The notes: generated from the letters alone by a model not told the origin. DNA of 64,000 nt from Candidatus Kaiserbacteria bacterium (GCA_016204695.1 JACQKD010000014.1:88170-152169), one strand, 5' to 3'; positions 9,928 to 20,048 are shown, counted from the first letter of the stretch. Numbers and translations: made by a program.

Positions 9928-11967
9928 ATGAGCGGGTTTAAACTCTCTACAAACTACACCCCCGCGGGGGACCAGCCGAAGGCGATTGAGTCGCTTATAA
10001 AAGGCGTCAAGCGCGGCGACCGACACCAGACGCTTCTTGGTGTCACCGGCTCCGGCAAGACGTTCACGGCGGCAAACGTCATCGCGGCCATACAGAAGCC
10101 GACGCTCGTCATCGCACACAACAAGACGCTCGCGGCACAGCTCGCGCAGGAGTACGCGGACTTCTTTCCCGAAAACGACGTGCATTATTTCGTCTCGTAC
10201 TACGACTACTACCAACCCGAGGCGTACATGCCCATTTCGGACACATACATCGAGAAGGAGGCGATGATCAACGAGGAGATCGACCGCCTCCGCCACGCTT
10301 CGACGCAGGCACTTCTCTCGCGAAGCGATGTCATCATCGTCGCATCCGTCTCGTGCATTTACGGCCTCGGCTCGCCGATAGAATATGAAAAAGTGCACAA
10401 GCGCATCGAAGTCGGTACGGTCATCACGCGGCGCGACATGGTGCGCGCGCTCGTGGCATTGTATTTTGAACGTACCAACGCCGACCTTGCGCCCGGCCAC
10501 TTCCGCGCACTCGGCAACACCATAGAAATAATGCCGACAAACGAGCGCGTTATCTACCGGCTCTCCTTCAGCGGAGACGCCGTGGGAAAGATAGAACGCA
10601 TCGACGCGGTCACACGGACAATCATCGCGGAAGTGCCGACATTTTTCCTCTTTCCCGCAAAACATTTCGTGACACCCGAGCTGGAACGCAAGCGCGCCAT
10701 CGCCGACATTACACTCGAGCTCAAAGACCAGCTCGCAAAATTTGAAAAAGAAGGGAAGATTCTCGAAGCCGAGCGCATCAAGCGGCGCACCCAGCACGAC
10801 CTTGCGCTCATACGCGAAATCGGCTATTGCAACGGCATTGAAAACTACTCCCGCCATTTCGACGGCCGCAAGCCGGGGGAAGCGCCGTACACCCTCCTTT
10901 CATACTTCCCGCACAAGCCGGACGGCATGCCGGACTTTTTGACCATTATCGACGAGTCGCACGTCACCATCCCCCAGCTCGGCGGCATGTACGCGGGCGA
11001 CCGCTCGCGCAAGGACACGCTCGTCGAGCACGGATTCCGCCTGCCGAGCGCCGTGGATAACCGGCCGCTGACGTTTGACGAGTTTGAGGAGCGCGTCGGC
11101 GAAACCATCTACACCTCCGCGACGCCCGGCACCTACGAACACGAGCACAGCACGCAAGTCGTCGAGCAGATCATCCGTCCGACCGGACTTGTGGACCCGG
11201 AAATTATTGTGCGTCCGATTGTGAGTCAAGAAGAAAATCAAGGAAAAAATACTGAAGCGTACCCCGGACAAGTACGAGATTTCATCGCTGAAACAGAAAA
11301 GGTAGTAAAAGGCGGCGGCCGCGTGCTCGTCACCACGCTCACGAAAAAAATGGCCGAAGACCTCTCCGAATTCCTCAAGGAGCAAAGCGTGCAAGCCGAA
11401 TACATCCATAGCGAAATCAAGACGCTTGAACGCATCGAAATACTCACCAACTTTCGCAGAGGGAAGTTCGACGTGCTCGTCGGAGTCAACCTGCTCCGAG
11501 AAGGACTCGACCTTCCCGAAGTCGAGCTTGTCGCCATACTCGATGCGGACAAAGAGGGTTTCTTGCGTTCAGAAACATCGCTCATCCAGACCATCGGCCG
11601 CGCCGCACGCAATGTCAACGGCCGCGTCATACTCTACGCCGACGGGATGACCGGCTCGCTTGAAAAAGCCATCGGCGAGACCAACCGTCGCCGCGCCATT
11701 CAAATCGCATACAACACCGAGCACGGCATCACCCCGGCCACCATCAAGAAAGAAATCAAAGACATCACCGAACAGCTCCGTACCGTCCATGAGGAGACCG
11801 TAGACACACTCCTTTCCATCGACCGCGACCTCTACAAGAAGAACCCCAAGAAACTCATCCGCGAAAAGAACCGCCAAATGGCGGAAGCCGTCAAACTCCT
11901 CGACTTCGAAACCGCCGCCATCCTCCGCGACGAGATCAGAGCGCTGGAGGACAGAGGAGGTAGATAG
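9928..11967 (+). CDS. uvrB: excinuclease ABC subunit B
   Basis: GVTGSGKT, YYDYYQPEAY, DESH, QTIGRAARN motifs; C-terminal UVR domain. Confidence 0.98.
   Translation: MSGFKLSTNYTPAGDQPKAIESLIKGVKRGDRHQTLLGVTGSGKTFTAANVIAAIQKPTLVIAHNKTLAAQLAQEYADFFPENDVHYFVSYYDYYQPEAYMPISDTYIEKEAMINEEIDRLRHASTQALLSRSDVIIVASVSCIYGLGSPIEYEKVHKRIEVGTVITRRDMVRALVALYFERTNADLAPGHFRALGNTIEIMPTNERVIYRLSFSGDAVGKIERIDAVTRTIIAEVPTFFLFPAKHFVTPELERKRAIADITLELKDQLAKFEKEGKILEAERIKRRTQHDLALIREIGYCNGIENYSRHFDGRKPGEAPYTLLSYFPHKPDGMPDFLTIIDESHVTIPQLGGMYAGDRSRKDTLVEHGFRLPSAVDNRPLTFDEFEERVGETIYTSATPGTYEHEHSTQVVEQIIRPTGLVDPEIIVRPIVSQEENQGKNTEAYPGQVRDFIAETEKVVKGGGRVLVTTLTKKMAEDLSEFLKEQSVQAEYIHSEIKTLERIEILTNFRRGKFDVLVGVNLLREGLDLPEVELVAILDADKEGFLRSETSLIQTIGRAARNVNGRVILYADGMTGSLEKAIGETNRRRAIQIAYNTEHGITPATIKKEIKDITEQLRTVHEETVDTLLSIDRDLYKKNPKKLIREKNRQMAEAVKLLDFETAAILRDEIRALEDRGGR
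11899..11922 (+). repeat. direct repeat 1 of uvrB 3' end
   Basis: CTCGACTTCGAAACCGCCGCCATC identical to 12919-12942. Confidence 0.9.
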
Positions 11968-12005
11968 TGTGAAGAGATAATTCCTTCTCTGATAAGATTG
12001 GAGAT

Positions 12006-12719
12006 ATGACCGATGATGAGATTCGCGAGACGGCAATCGAGTTTGCAAAACGAAACAAAAACCGCATTGCCCGAGAGCTTACCGACAAGACAACGTATGC
12101 GCCGGACACTGCACCGGTTTCCATTTTTATGGCTGGCTCGCCCGGAGCGGGAAAGACGGAATTTTCAAAAGCATTGATAACGCTTTTGGAAGTGCGCACG
12201 GGGCTTCGCGCGGTACGAATCGATAACGATGAGATACGTCCTTTAATTCCCGGATACACCGGAAGTAACTCATACCTATTCCAAGGAGCAACGACGCTCA
12301 TTGTCGAAAAAATGCATGACCTTGCCCTACATAACGGACAAAGTTTTATTATGGACAACACGTTCACGAATTTTGAAAAGGGTACTGATAATATCAGACG
12401 TTCCCTTGGAAAAGAACGCCCGATTTTAATTTTCTACTTGTACCAAAAACCGGAGGTTGCGTGGAGATTTACGCAAGCGCGAGAAGCGACAGAAGGCAGA
12501 AATATCCCGAAAGGGGCATTTATCGAACAATTTTTAGGTGCACGTCATACGGTTGCCAAAATCATCGATAGATTCGGAGACCGAGTCATTGCTTTTCTTG
12601 TCAAGAAAGATTTTGAGAAAAACACCTTGGAAGGCATCTATCGTGTTGTCGAAAGCCAAGAAATTGACCGGTATATACCAGAGGAGTACACTGAAGAGAA
12701 GTTGCAAGAATGCTTATGA
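12006..12719 (+). CDS. zeta toxin-family P-loop kinase
   Basis: IFMAGSPGAGKTE Walker A, RIDNDEIR, AREATEGRNIP. Confidence 0.85.
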   Translation: MTDDEIRETAIEFAKRNKNRIARELTDKTTYAPDTAPVSIFMAGSPGAGKTEFSKALITLLEVRTGLRAVRIDNDEIRPLIPGYTGSNSYLFQGATTLIVEKMHDLALHNGQSFIMDNTFTNFEKGTDNIRRSLGKERPILIFYLYQKPEVAWRFTQAREATEGRNIPKGAFIEQFLGARHTVAKIIDRFGDRVIAFLVKKDFEKNTLEGIYRVVESQEIDRYIPEEYTEEKLQECL

Positions 12720-12898
12720 AACTACGCGCCATATTCTCTTTATTTCGAGACAACAAGAAAGGAGATTCTTTTTCCGATGTTCTTTTGCGTGCGCCTGAAG
12801 GTCAAAGGGAAGAATTATTCAAGGAAGCGGCACGACAGGCCAACGAGGAGCAAAGAAAAATATTTGAGCAGTCCCGCGTGAACACTCCGGCTTCTTGA
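12716..12898 (+). CDS. small helical protein, possible partner of the zeta-like kinase
   Basis: ATGA overlap with the upstream stop; FKEAARQANEEQRKI. Confidence 0.6.
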   Translation: MKLRAIFSLFRDNKKGDSFSDVLLRAPEGQREELFKEAARQANEEQRKIFEQSRVNTPAS

Positions 12899-12918
12899 AA
12901 ACCGTCAAATCCGGCGGA

Positions 12919-12987
12919 CTCGACTTCGAAACCGCCGCCATCTTGCGGGATGAGATACGAGCGTTGGAAGAAGGAACGAAAAAGTAG
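12919..12987 (+). pseudogene. orphan duplicate of uvrB C-terminal codons (LDFETAAILRDEIRALEEGTKK*)
   Basis: 24 bp identical, then synonymous variants of the uvrB 3' end. Confidence 0.85.
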
Positions 12988-13002
12988 TATAATCACACCA
13001 TC

Positions 13003-13176
13003 GTGACCAAAGCTACCGTCACAAAAAGACTTACCGGCTTGGAGGCCGAGATTCGGATGCTCAAGACAGCCGTACGTACGCGACCGAATTTCGTCGTGGA
13101 TGACGCAAACTGGAAAAAAATTAAACCTGCTCTAAAGAAAGTGCGCAAACAGGTTTCCAAGCAGACCTATGGCTAA
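13003..13176 (+). CDS. putative antitoxin (57 aa, GTG start)
   Basis: Short ORF absent from the track, overlapping the start of the PIN gene; TATAAT just upstream. Confidence 0.55.
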   Translation: MTKATVTKRLTGLEAEIRMLKTAVRTRPNFVVDDANWKKIKPALKKVRKQVSKQTYG

Positions 13177-13606
13177 GCCAAAGGTTTTTGTAGACTCCAG
13201 TGTCATCATTGCTTCGCTTCTATCCGCAACAGGAGGTAGCGCGTATATTCTCAACAGCTATCACGAAAACTGCGAGTTTCAAACGAATGAGCACGGCTTG
13301 GCGGAAATTCAAAGGGTATTAAAAGATAAATTCGCCGATCAACCGGATTTACAAAACCAACTCTTTCTACTCCTCGGCACGGCTCGGATAGTAATATTAC
13401 TGAATCCTACAAAACGGGAACGAAACATTTGTGCCAAATATATTTCCGAGATAGACGCACCCATTCTCGCCTCGGCAATCAAGCATAGTGACTACTTGCT
13501 CACTCTTGATAACGAATTTTTAGGAAAGAGTGTGGCAGAAATCGCTCGAAAGAATTCTCTAACCATCCTAAAACCAAAAGATTTTATAGAACAATTCGAA
13601 ACATAA
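13169..13606 (+). CDS. PIN-domain (VapC-like) toxin
   Basis: VFVDSSVIIA, DAPILASAI and LLTLDNEF acidic PIN motifs. Confidence 0.88.
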   Translation: MAKPKVFVDSSVIIASLLSATGGSAYILNSYHENCEFQTNEHGLAEIQRVLKDKFADQPDLQNQLFLLLGTARIVILLNPTKRERNICAKYISEIDAPILASAIKHSDYLLTLDNEFLGKSVAEIARKNSLTILKPKDFIEQFET

Positions 13607-13608
13607 AC

Positions 13609-14115
13609 ATGGAAAATATTATTGATTCTATTTCTAAAGCAATTAGAGACAAAAACTGGTATTCAGCACTGGCTGTTTCACTCATGATCCCGGATATTTG
13701 TACTGCGCTCGAACACGAAAGAACTAACGGCGGCAGATACGCTGATTGGTTTCAAGAAAACTTGATCCAATATGATGGCTTCCTTTCGGGAAACGATTGT
13801 TATGCATTAAGGTGTTCTTTATTACACGAAGCGAGAGATGATATTACAACTCAAAGATGTCGCGATGTCTTGGAACGCTATTTATTTACGACAAGTGGCT
13901 TACATTTAGGTCTATTTACAGAAAATTATCTGAACGGTGAGAGGATACCTTCTATACTAGTATTGAATGTTCAACATTTTTGTGAAGATGTATGTGCCGC
14001 CGCTACGAAATGGCTAGAAGCTAATAAAAGGGACGCACAAATACAAACTCGTCTGGGACAGACGATCAAAATCTACAGGCCTGGAGAAAGCTACAAAGGC
14101 GTAATAGGATTCTGA
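13609..14115 (+). CDS. HEPN-like hypothetical protein
   Basis: AT-rich; ALAVSLMIPDIC...YADWF...YALRCSLLH (RxxxxH). Confidence 0.6.
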   Translation: MENIIDSISKAIRDKNWYSALAVSLMIPDICTALEHERTNGGRYADWFQENLIQYDGFLSGNDCYALRCSLLHEARDDITTQRCRDVLERYLFTTSGLHLGLFTENYLNGERIPSILVLNVQHFCEDVCAAATKWLEANKRDAQIQTRLGQTIKIYRPGESYKGVIGF

Positions 14116-14197
14116 TAGATCTAGAAATAGAACGCCCGACTTGCTATAATCTACCCGTCACATCCTCACACTATGTCCATAGGTGAGGCCGTTATCT

Positions 14198-16837
14198 ATG
14201 TCCGAGAAAAAACAAATGCAGAAAAAAACCGTGGGGAAAACAGCGAAGGAAGAAATCGTCATCAAGGGTGCGCGGACGCATAACTTGAAGAATATTTCTT
14301 TGACCTTGCCGCGAGGCGCGATGATTGCGTTCACGGGGCTTTCGGGGTCGGGGAAGTCGTCGCTTGCGTTCGATACGATTTTCGCGGAAGGACAGCGGCG
14401 GTATGTCGAGTCGCTTTCGACATATGCGCGGCAGTTTTTGCGGCAGATGCAGAAGCCGGATGTGGACGAAATCAGCGGACTTTCTCCAGCTATTTCTATT
14501 GACCAGAAGTCTGCTTCACGCAACCCGCGCTCGACGGTCGCGACCATCACCGAGATATACGACTACCTCCGCATTCTCTATGCGCGCGTCGGCCAGCCGT
14601 ATTGCCTCGGCGTGGATGTGCCTATTCAAAAGCTCTCGCAGGACGAAATTCTGCGGATTATTCTCGAATCCATAGAGAAACGAGAGGTTAAAAAAGCACA
14701 AAAGGATGAGCAAAAGGTCATGGGCGTGCCGGTTTCCTCGGAGCGCCTTGCCATCTTCGCCCCGGTCATCGTCGGCAGAAAAGGCGAATACTACCAGCTT
14801 CTCTACGACCTCCTCGGCAAAGGATACGAGACAGTGAAGATAGATGGGGAGATCAAACAGCTTCGCGAGCGTATCACACTCGCGAAGACCAAGCGTCACG
14901 ACATCGACGTGCTCGTGGATGAGATATATGTGAGCGAATTCCGTGACGACCCGAAGGGCGCGCGCGAGCGGCTTTCGGAGGCGATCGAGTACGCGCTCAA
15001 GGAATCGTCGGGGCTCATCAAGGTGCAAAGTCCGGACGGGAGCGAGCGCACTCTCTCGGCAAAATTCATCTGCCCCTCCGATGGCTCGTCGTTCCCCGAA
15101 GTCGAGCCGCGGCTCTTTTCATTCAACTCGCCATACGGCGCCTGCCCGGAATGCAACGGCCTCGGCACCGTCGGTATCTTCCACAGCGACCTTTGCCCAG
15201 CATGTCTCGGCGCGCGGCTTCGTCCGGAAGCGTTGCGCGTATACCTCACCGACGGCACGAAAGGCTCGCTCGGAAAAAGCATTGTAGACTTCACCGCCAT
15301 GACAATTCGCGAAGCGTACCAGTTCGTCGAAGACATCAAGCTTTCCAAAAAACAACAGGAAATCGCCTGGCCCGCGCTCCGCGAGATTATCGACCGACTG
15401 CAATTCATGATAGATGTCGGCATCGAATATCTCACGCTCGACCGCCGCGCCAACACGCTCTCCGGCGGCGAGGCACAGCGCATCCGGCTCGCTTCCCAGC
15501 TCGGCTCGGGACTCGTCGGCGCGCTCTATGTGCTCGACGAGCCGACCATCGGCCTCCATCAGCGCGACAACGACCGCCTCATCAAGACGCTCACCAACCT
15601 GCGCGACCTCGGCAACACCATTCTCGTCGTCGAACACGACGAGGACACCGTGCTTGCATCCGACTATCTCGTGGACATTGGCCCGGGCGCGGGCGTACAC
15701 GGCGGTAATGTCGTCGTCGACGGCTGGCTCGAAGAATTGCTCAACGCGAAGAAAAATACCTCCGGCTCGGTGACGCTCGACTATCTGCGCGGCGACCGCG
15801 TCATTCCTCTGCCGGAAAAGCGCAGAGAAGGAGAAAAGGGCTCAATCAAAATCCACGGCGGCAAGGCGTTCAATATCAAAAATATGCATGTGGACATCCC
15901 GCTCGGCCGCCTCATCGCGCTCACGGGAGTATCCGGCTCGGGAAAGTCCACCTTCATGTATGAAATCCTCTATCGCAACCTGCGCTCGCGCCTCGAACGG
16001 AAATACCGCACGCCGCACACATACAATGCCGCATCATTCACCGGGAGCGAGTACCTCGGTCGCGCGGTCATGATCGACCAGTCGCCCATCGGCCGCACCC
16101 CACGCTCCAACCCGGCCACATACACCGGCGCGTTCACCCACATCCGCGACTTGTTCGCCGCCGCAACAGAAGCCCGCGCGCGCGGCTGGAAGCCCGGACG
16201 GTTTTCATTCAATGTCAAAGGCGGGCGGTGCGAAGCATGCCAAGGCAACGGAGAGATTGCCGTCGAGATGCACTTCCTCCCGACCGTGTATGTCACCTGC
16301 GATGTCTGCGACGGCAAGCGATTCACCAAAGAGACGCTTGAAGTCATGTACAAAGGCAAAAATATCGACGAGGTGCTCCATATGACTATTGAAGAGGCTC
16401 TTGATTTTTTCAATGACATTCCGGCGGTGTACGACCGTCTGCGCACACTCATGGATGTGGGGCTCGGGTACCTTGAGCTCGGCCAGAGTGCGACCACGCT
16501 CTCCGGCGGCGAAGCACAGCGCGTGAAGATTTCCGCCGAGCTCTACCGCCGCCATACCGAGAAGACGATGTACCTGCTCGACGAGCCCACCATCGGCCTG
16601 CATTACGAAGACGTGAAAAAATTGATAGAGATTTTGCAAGAACTCGTCAACCGCGGCAACACCGTGATGGTCATCGAGCACAATCTCGACTTCATTAAAT
16701 CCGCCGACTATGTCATAGACATCGGCCCCGAAGGCGGCGAGAAGGGAGGCGAGCTCATCGCCAAAGGCACCCCGGAGGAAGTCGCTAAAAGCCAACACTC
16801 GTATACTGGGAAGTATTTGAAGAAAGTGTTGAGATAA
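14198..16837 (+). CDS. uvrA: excinuclease ABC subunit A
   Basis: Two ABC modules (GLSGSGKSS, GVSGSGKST, LSGGEAQR x2), Zn-finger Cys pairs. Confidence 0.98.
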   Translation: MSEKKQMQKKTVGKTAKEEIVIKGARTHNLKNISLTLPRGAMIAFTGLSGSGKSSLAFDTIFAEGQRRYVESLSTYARQFLRQMQKPDVDEISGLSPAISIDQKSASRNPRSTVATITEIYDYLRILYARVGQPYCLGVDVPIQKLSQDEILRIILESIEKREVKKAQKDEQKVMGVPVSSERLAIFAPVIVGRKGEYYQLLYDLLGKGYETVKIDGEIKQLRERITLAKTKRHDIDVLVDEIYVSEFRDDPKGARERLSEAIEYALKESSGLIKVQSPDGSERTLSAKFICPSDGSSFPEVEPRLFSFNSPYGACPECNGLGTVGIFHSDLCPACLGARLRPEALRVYLTDGTKGSLGKSIVDFTAMTIREAYQFVEDIKLSKKQQEIAWPALREIIDRLQFMIDVGIEYLTLDRRANTLSGGEAQRIRLASQLGSGLVGALYVLDEPTIGLHQRDNDRLIKTLTNLRDLGNTILVVEHDEDTVLASDYLVDIGPGAGVHGGNVVVDGWLEELLNAKKNTSGSVTLDYLRGDRVIPLPEKRREGEKGSIKIHGGKAFNIKNMHVDIPLGRLIALTGVSGSGKSTFMYEILYRNLRSRLERKYRTPHTYNAASFTGSEYLGRAVMIDQSPIGRTPRSNPATYTGAFTHIRDLFAAATEARARGWKPGRFSFNVKGGRCEACQGNGEIAVEMHFLPTVYVTCDVCDGKRFTKETLEVMYKGKNIDEVLHMTIEEALDFFNDIPAVYDRLRTLMDVGLGYLELGQSATTLSGGEAQRVKISAELYRRHTEKTMYLLDEPTIGLHYEDVKKLIEILQELVNRGNTVMVIEHNLDFIKSADYVIDIGPEGGEKGGELIAKGTPEEVAKSQHSYTGKYLKKVLR

Positions 16838-16876
16838 AATAGAACAAGGCCGTCCCAGAAAGACAGCCTTGTGTCC

Positions 16877-17071
16877 TCACTTATACTCCGGCCGCTTGTG
16901 CGGCTTGGTACAGGTGGGGCAAACTACCAATGCCCAGTCGGAGAAAGAACGCCTCCCACAACCGGCATTGGCGCAAAAAATGGTCCAGCAGTCCGTGCAC
17001 TGCCAGACAAGACCGGGCTTCCCGAAAGCCCCGCACGAGGGGCAGATGGTTACTTTGAGGTCCTTTTTCAT
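16877..17071 (-). CDS. Cys-rich zinc-finger-like microprotein (64 aa)
   Basis: CxxC, CxxC, CxxxxC, CxxC; purine-rich RBS-like sequence before the ATG. Confidence 0.55.
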   Translation of the reverse strand: MKKDLKVTICPSCGAFGKPGLVWQCTDCWTIFCANAGCGRRSFSDWALVVCPTCTKPHKRPEYK

Positions 17072-17109
17072 ACGACCCCCTTTCTGTGCTAGAAATTAGA
17101 GACAAAATA

Positions 17110-18339
17110 ATGACAAGTCAAGACTTACAAAAACTCAAATTGCCGGATGCGCCGGGCGTGTATTTCTTTTTGGGGAAGCGCAAGAAGATACTATATATCG
17201 GTAAGGCGACATCTCTGCGCTCACGGGTGCGGAGTTATTTTGCGGACGACATTCTAGAAAAACGAAGTGCGCTCATCGAGCAGATGGTCGCGGAGGCCGA
17301 AACGGTTGAGTGGACGGAAACAGACTCGGTACTTGAGGCGCTCATTCTTGAGGCAAATCTCATCCGCACGCACAAGCCGCGATACAACACGATTGCGAAA
17401 GACGACAAGACGTTCAACCACCTCGTGATTACCAACGAAGAGTATCCGCGCGTGCTCGTCGTGCGCGGCAAAGACCTCACCGAACGCTTTACAACAAAAG
17501 AAATCAAATACATCTTCGGCCCGTTTCCGAGCGGCATGCTCTTCCGCGAGGCGCTCGCCATCGTCCGAAAAATTTTCAAATTTTACGACACCGAGCGGCC
17601 AATCGGAGAAATCAAGACAAAGATGGGGAAGGGGACGATAGATTTCAATCGGCAAATCGGCCTCTATCCATCCGTGCAGTCCAAGCGGGAATATCAGCGA
17701 ACAATCCAGCACATCCGACTTTTCTTCGAGGGCAAAAAACATCAGCTCATCAAAATTCTCACCAAAGAAATGCGCGAATATGCACGCACACAGGCATTCG
17801 AGAAAGCGGGGGAAATAAAACGAAAGATATTCGCGCTTACCCACATCGAGGATGTCGCGCTCGTGCGGCGCGACATGTATCGCAATCGGGGATCACGCGC
17901 GACGCGCATCGAGGCATATGACATCGCGCACATGAGCGGCAAGGACATGGTCGGCGTGATGACTGTCGTCGAAAATGGGGAAGTGCGGACGAGCGAATAC
18001 CGCAAGTTCAAAATCGGAAGCGTCAAAAGCTCGAACGACCCGGCCGCGCTTCGCGAAGTGCTCGACCGCCGGCTTGCACACGCCGAGTGGCCGATGCCGC
18101 AGATGATTGTCGTCGACGGCGGCCGTGCCCAGAAGAACGCCGCCGAGCTCATTCTCAAAAAATACGGCATCGGCATCCCCGTCGTCGCGGTGACCAAAGA
18201 CGAATACCACCGCCCCAAGCGGCTCCTCGGCACACAAACCCTTATCCGCGAGCACGAAGACTCCATCCTCCTCGCCAACGTCGAATCCCACCGCTTCGCG
18301 ATCGCATACCATAGGCAGAAAAGAGGAAAGTTTGTATAA
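17110..18339 (+). CDS. uvrC: excinuclease ABC subunit C (short form)
   Basis: GIY-YIG (PGVY, YIGKA, RVRSYF), RIEAYDIAH, VVDGG, ESHRFAI; no HhH tail. Confidence 0.93.
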   Translation: MTSQDLQKLKLPDAPGVYFFLGKRKKILYIGKATSLRSRVRSYFADDILEKRSALIEQMVAEAETVEWTETDSVLEALILEANLIRTHKPRYNTIAKDDKTFNHLVITNEEYPRVLVVRGKDLTERFTTKEIKYIFGPFPSGMLFREALAIVRKIFKFYDTERPIGEIKTKMGKGTIDFNRQIGLYPSVQSKREYQRTIQHIRLFFEGKKHQLIKILTKEMREYARTQAFEKAGEIKRKIFALTHIEDVALVRRDMYRNRGSRATRIEAYDIAHMSGKDMVGVMTVVENGEVRTSEYRKFKIGSVKSSNDPAALREVLDRRLAHAEWPMPQMIVVDGGRAQKNAAELILKKYGIGIPVVAVTKDEYHRPKRLLGTQTLIREHEDSILLANVESHRFAIAYHRQKRGKFV

Positions 18340-18370
18340 ATTTCAGCACGCAGAGTGGTATAGTATACCT

Positions 18371-19348
18371 ATGCAAAAGTACCGAGTAGCTGTTCTTCGC
18401 GGAGGACCGGGCGAAGAATATGATATTTCGTTGCAGAGCGGCATGGACGTGCTCGCGGCGCTCGACACCGACCGGTACCAGCCGCTTGATGTCGTCATCA
18501 CGCAATCCGGCGAATGGCTCTCGCAGGGCAGAGTGCGCGTGCCGCACGAACTCTTCACCGGCATTGATGCGGTTTTCCTCGCGCTTCACGGCCCATATGG
18601 AGAAAACGGCAGAGTCCAGCGTCTCCTCGACACTCTGCGTGTGCCGTATACCGGCAGTCGAGCGTTCCCCTCGACAATGACCCTCAACAAGGCGCTGGCG
18701 AAAGACCGCCTCGCACGCGCGGGAGTGCGGATGCCGAGACATATGCTTGTCAGTGCCTCCGCACAGCAAAATCTCGCCGGCCTCGCCGATTCCATCAGAG
18801 AGCTTTTCGGGCCGAGATACATTGTAAAGCCGGTAGACGGCAGCTCGTCGGTCGGTATCGCATATGCGGAGAACGCTTCCATCCTTATCACCGCGCTTGC
18901 CCAAGCGCTCGCCGCGCACGAACAGGTGCTTATTGAAGAATATATAGAAGGAAGGGAAGCGACCTGCGGTATCATCGAGCGCTTCCGCGAGCAAGACCGT
19001 TATGCGATCCCGGTGATGGAGATAGCCTCTCCGGACGGAGCGCCCTTCATAGACTGCGACAGCAGACGGAACAACCGGGTGCACGAAATTTGCCCGGCCT
19101 CGTTTTCAAATGCGGAAAAAAGGGAGCTCGAGCGGCTCGCCCGACTCGTGCATGACACGCTTGAGTTGTCGCAGTACTCGCACAGCGACTTCATCGTCGC
19201 GGATGACGGCATGTATTTTATAGAGGCAAATACCCTGCCGCGCCTTACGACAGAGTCGTCCTTACCAAAAGCGCTCACGAGCGTAGGATCTCCCTACAAG
19301 GACTTCATCAATCACCTCGTCGAGGATACATTGGAAAAAAGGAGCTGA
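18371..19348 (+). CDS. D-Ala-D-Ala ligase-family ATP-grasp protein (degenerate active-site motifs)
   Basis: GGPGEEYDISLQSG, LHGPYGENG, VKPVDGSSSVG and IEEYIEGRE; but YSHSDF and NTLPRL. Confidence 0.85.
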   Translation: MQKYRVAVLRGGPGEEYDISLQSGMDVLAALDTDRYQPLDVVITQSGEWLSQGRVRVPHELFTGIDAVFLALHGPYGENGRVQRLLDTLRVPYTGSRAFPSTMTLNKALAKDRLARAGVRMPRHMLVSASAQQNLAGLADSIRELFGPRYIVKPVDGSSSVGIAYAENASILITALAQALAAHEQVLIEEYIEGREATCGIIERFREQDRYAIPVMEIASPDGAPFIDCDSRRNNRVHEICPASFSNAEKRELERLARLVHDTLELSQYSHSDFIVADDGMYFIEANTLPRLTTESSLPKALTSVGSPYKDFINHLVEDTLEKRS

Positions 19349-19365
19349 CCTTCCCGCCATCCTCT

Positions 19366-19983
19366 CTATTTTCCGTCGGGAGACGGAAGATTGTCTGTTT
19401 CCACGGGTCCTTCAATATTGACGTATCCTTGAAATCTCCTGAAGATCCGCCCTCTGCGCAACAGTACGAAGAGAATAGCGATCGGCAGAAGGAAAATGAT
19501 CGCCCAATAGCTCTTGTGCTCGATGATGATGCCGCCGAAGTAATAGAAGAGTCCGACGAAGACGGCATTGGTCAAGAAAGTAGTCGCGAGAAATTTGCCA
19601 TAGCTGATCTTGGTCAGACCCGCAATATAGCTGATGTAGTCGAAAATAAGCACCGTGGCGACGCGCACCGATATCAAGCCGAGCAGACCCGTCTGCGTGC
19701 GTATTTTTTCTTCCCATGCACGTATTTTCTCCAGTGCCATAAACCGCCGCACCGCCGGCTCTCTGAACTTTCGCGCAATGAAAAAATTGGCGGTACTGCC
19801 GATCATCGAACCGATAATCGTGTAGATAAAACCGTTCCATTTGCCGAACACCGCAAGAAACACCGCGTCGAGCGCGGTACTCGGTATCGGCGGAATGATG
19901 ACCGACCATATTCTGATAAGAATGGCGGCAACGGGCGCCGCCGTTGTATACGTTTCGAGAAACGCCTGTACTGATTCAAACAT
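19366..19983 (-). CDS. TVP38/VTT (SNARE-associated) membrane protein
   Basis: VIIPPIP, GSMIGSTANFFIARKF, FDYISYIAGLT. Confidence 0.88.
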   Translation of the reverse strand: MFESVQAFLETYTTAAPVAAILIRIWSVIIPPIPSTALDAVFLAVFGKWNGFIYTIIGSMIGSTANFFIARKFREPAVRRFMALEKIRAWEEKIRTQTGLLGLISVRVATVLIFDYISYIAGLTKISYGKFLATTFLTNAVFVGLFYYFGGIIIEHKSYWAIIFLLPIAILFVLLRRGRIFRRFQGYVNIEGPVETDNLPSPDGK

Positions 19984-20048
19984 CAAGTGTAACTATAGCA
20001 GATCATATCCGCATCGGCCGCATACCGGATACCGTATGCACTTCCGTA

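Noticed and set aside
11221-11265. Short extra segment in uvrB (VSQEENQGKNTEAY) beginning GTGAG and containing CAAGA and ATACTGAAGCGTAC, possibly an eroded element
   Set aside because: No hairpins and only short matches; cannot be distinguished from an ordinary variable loop.
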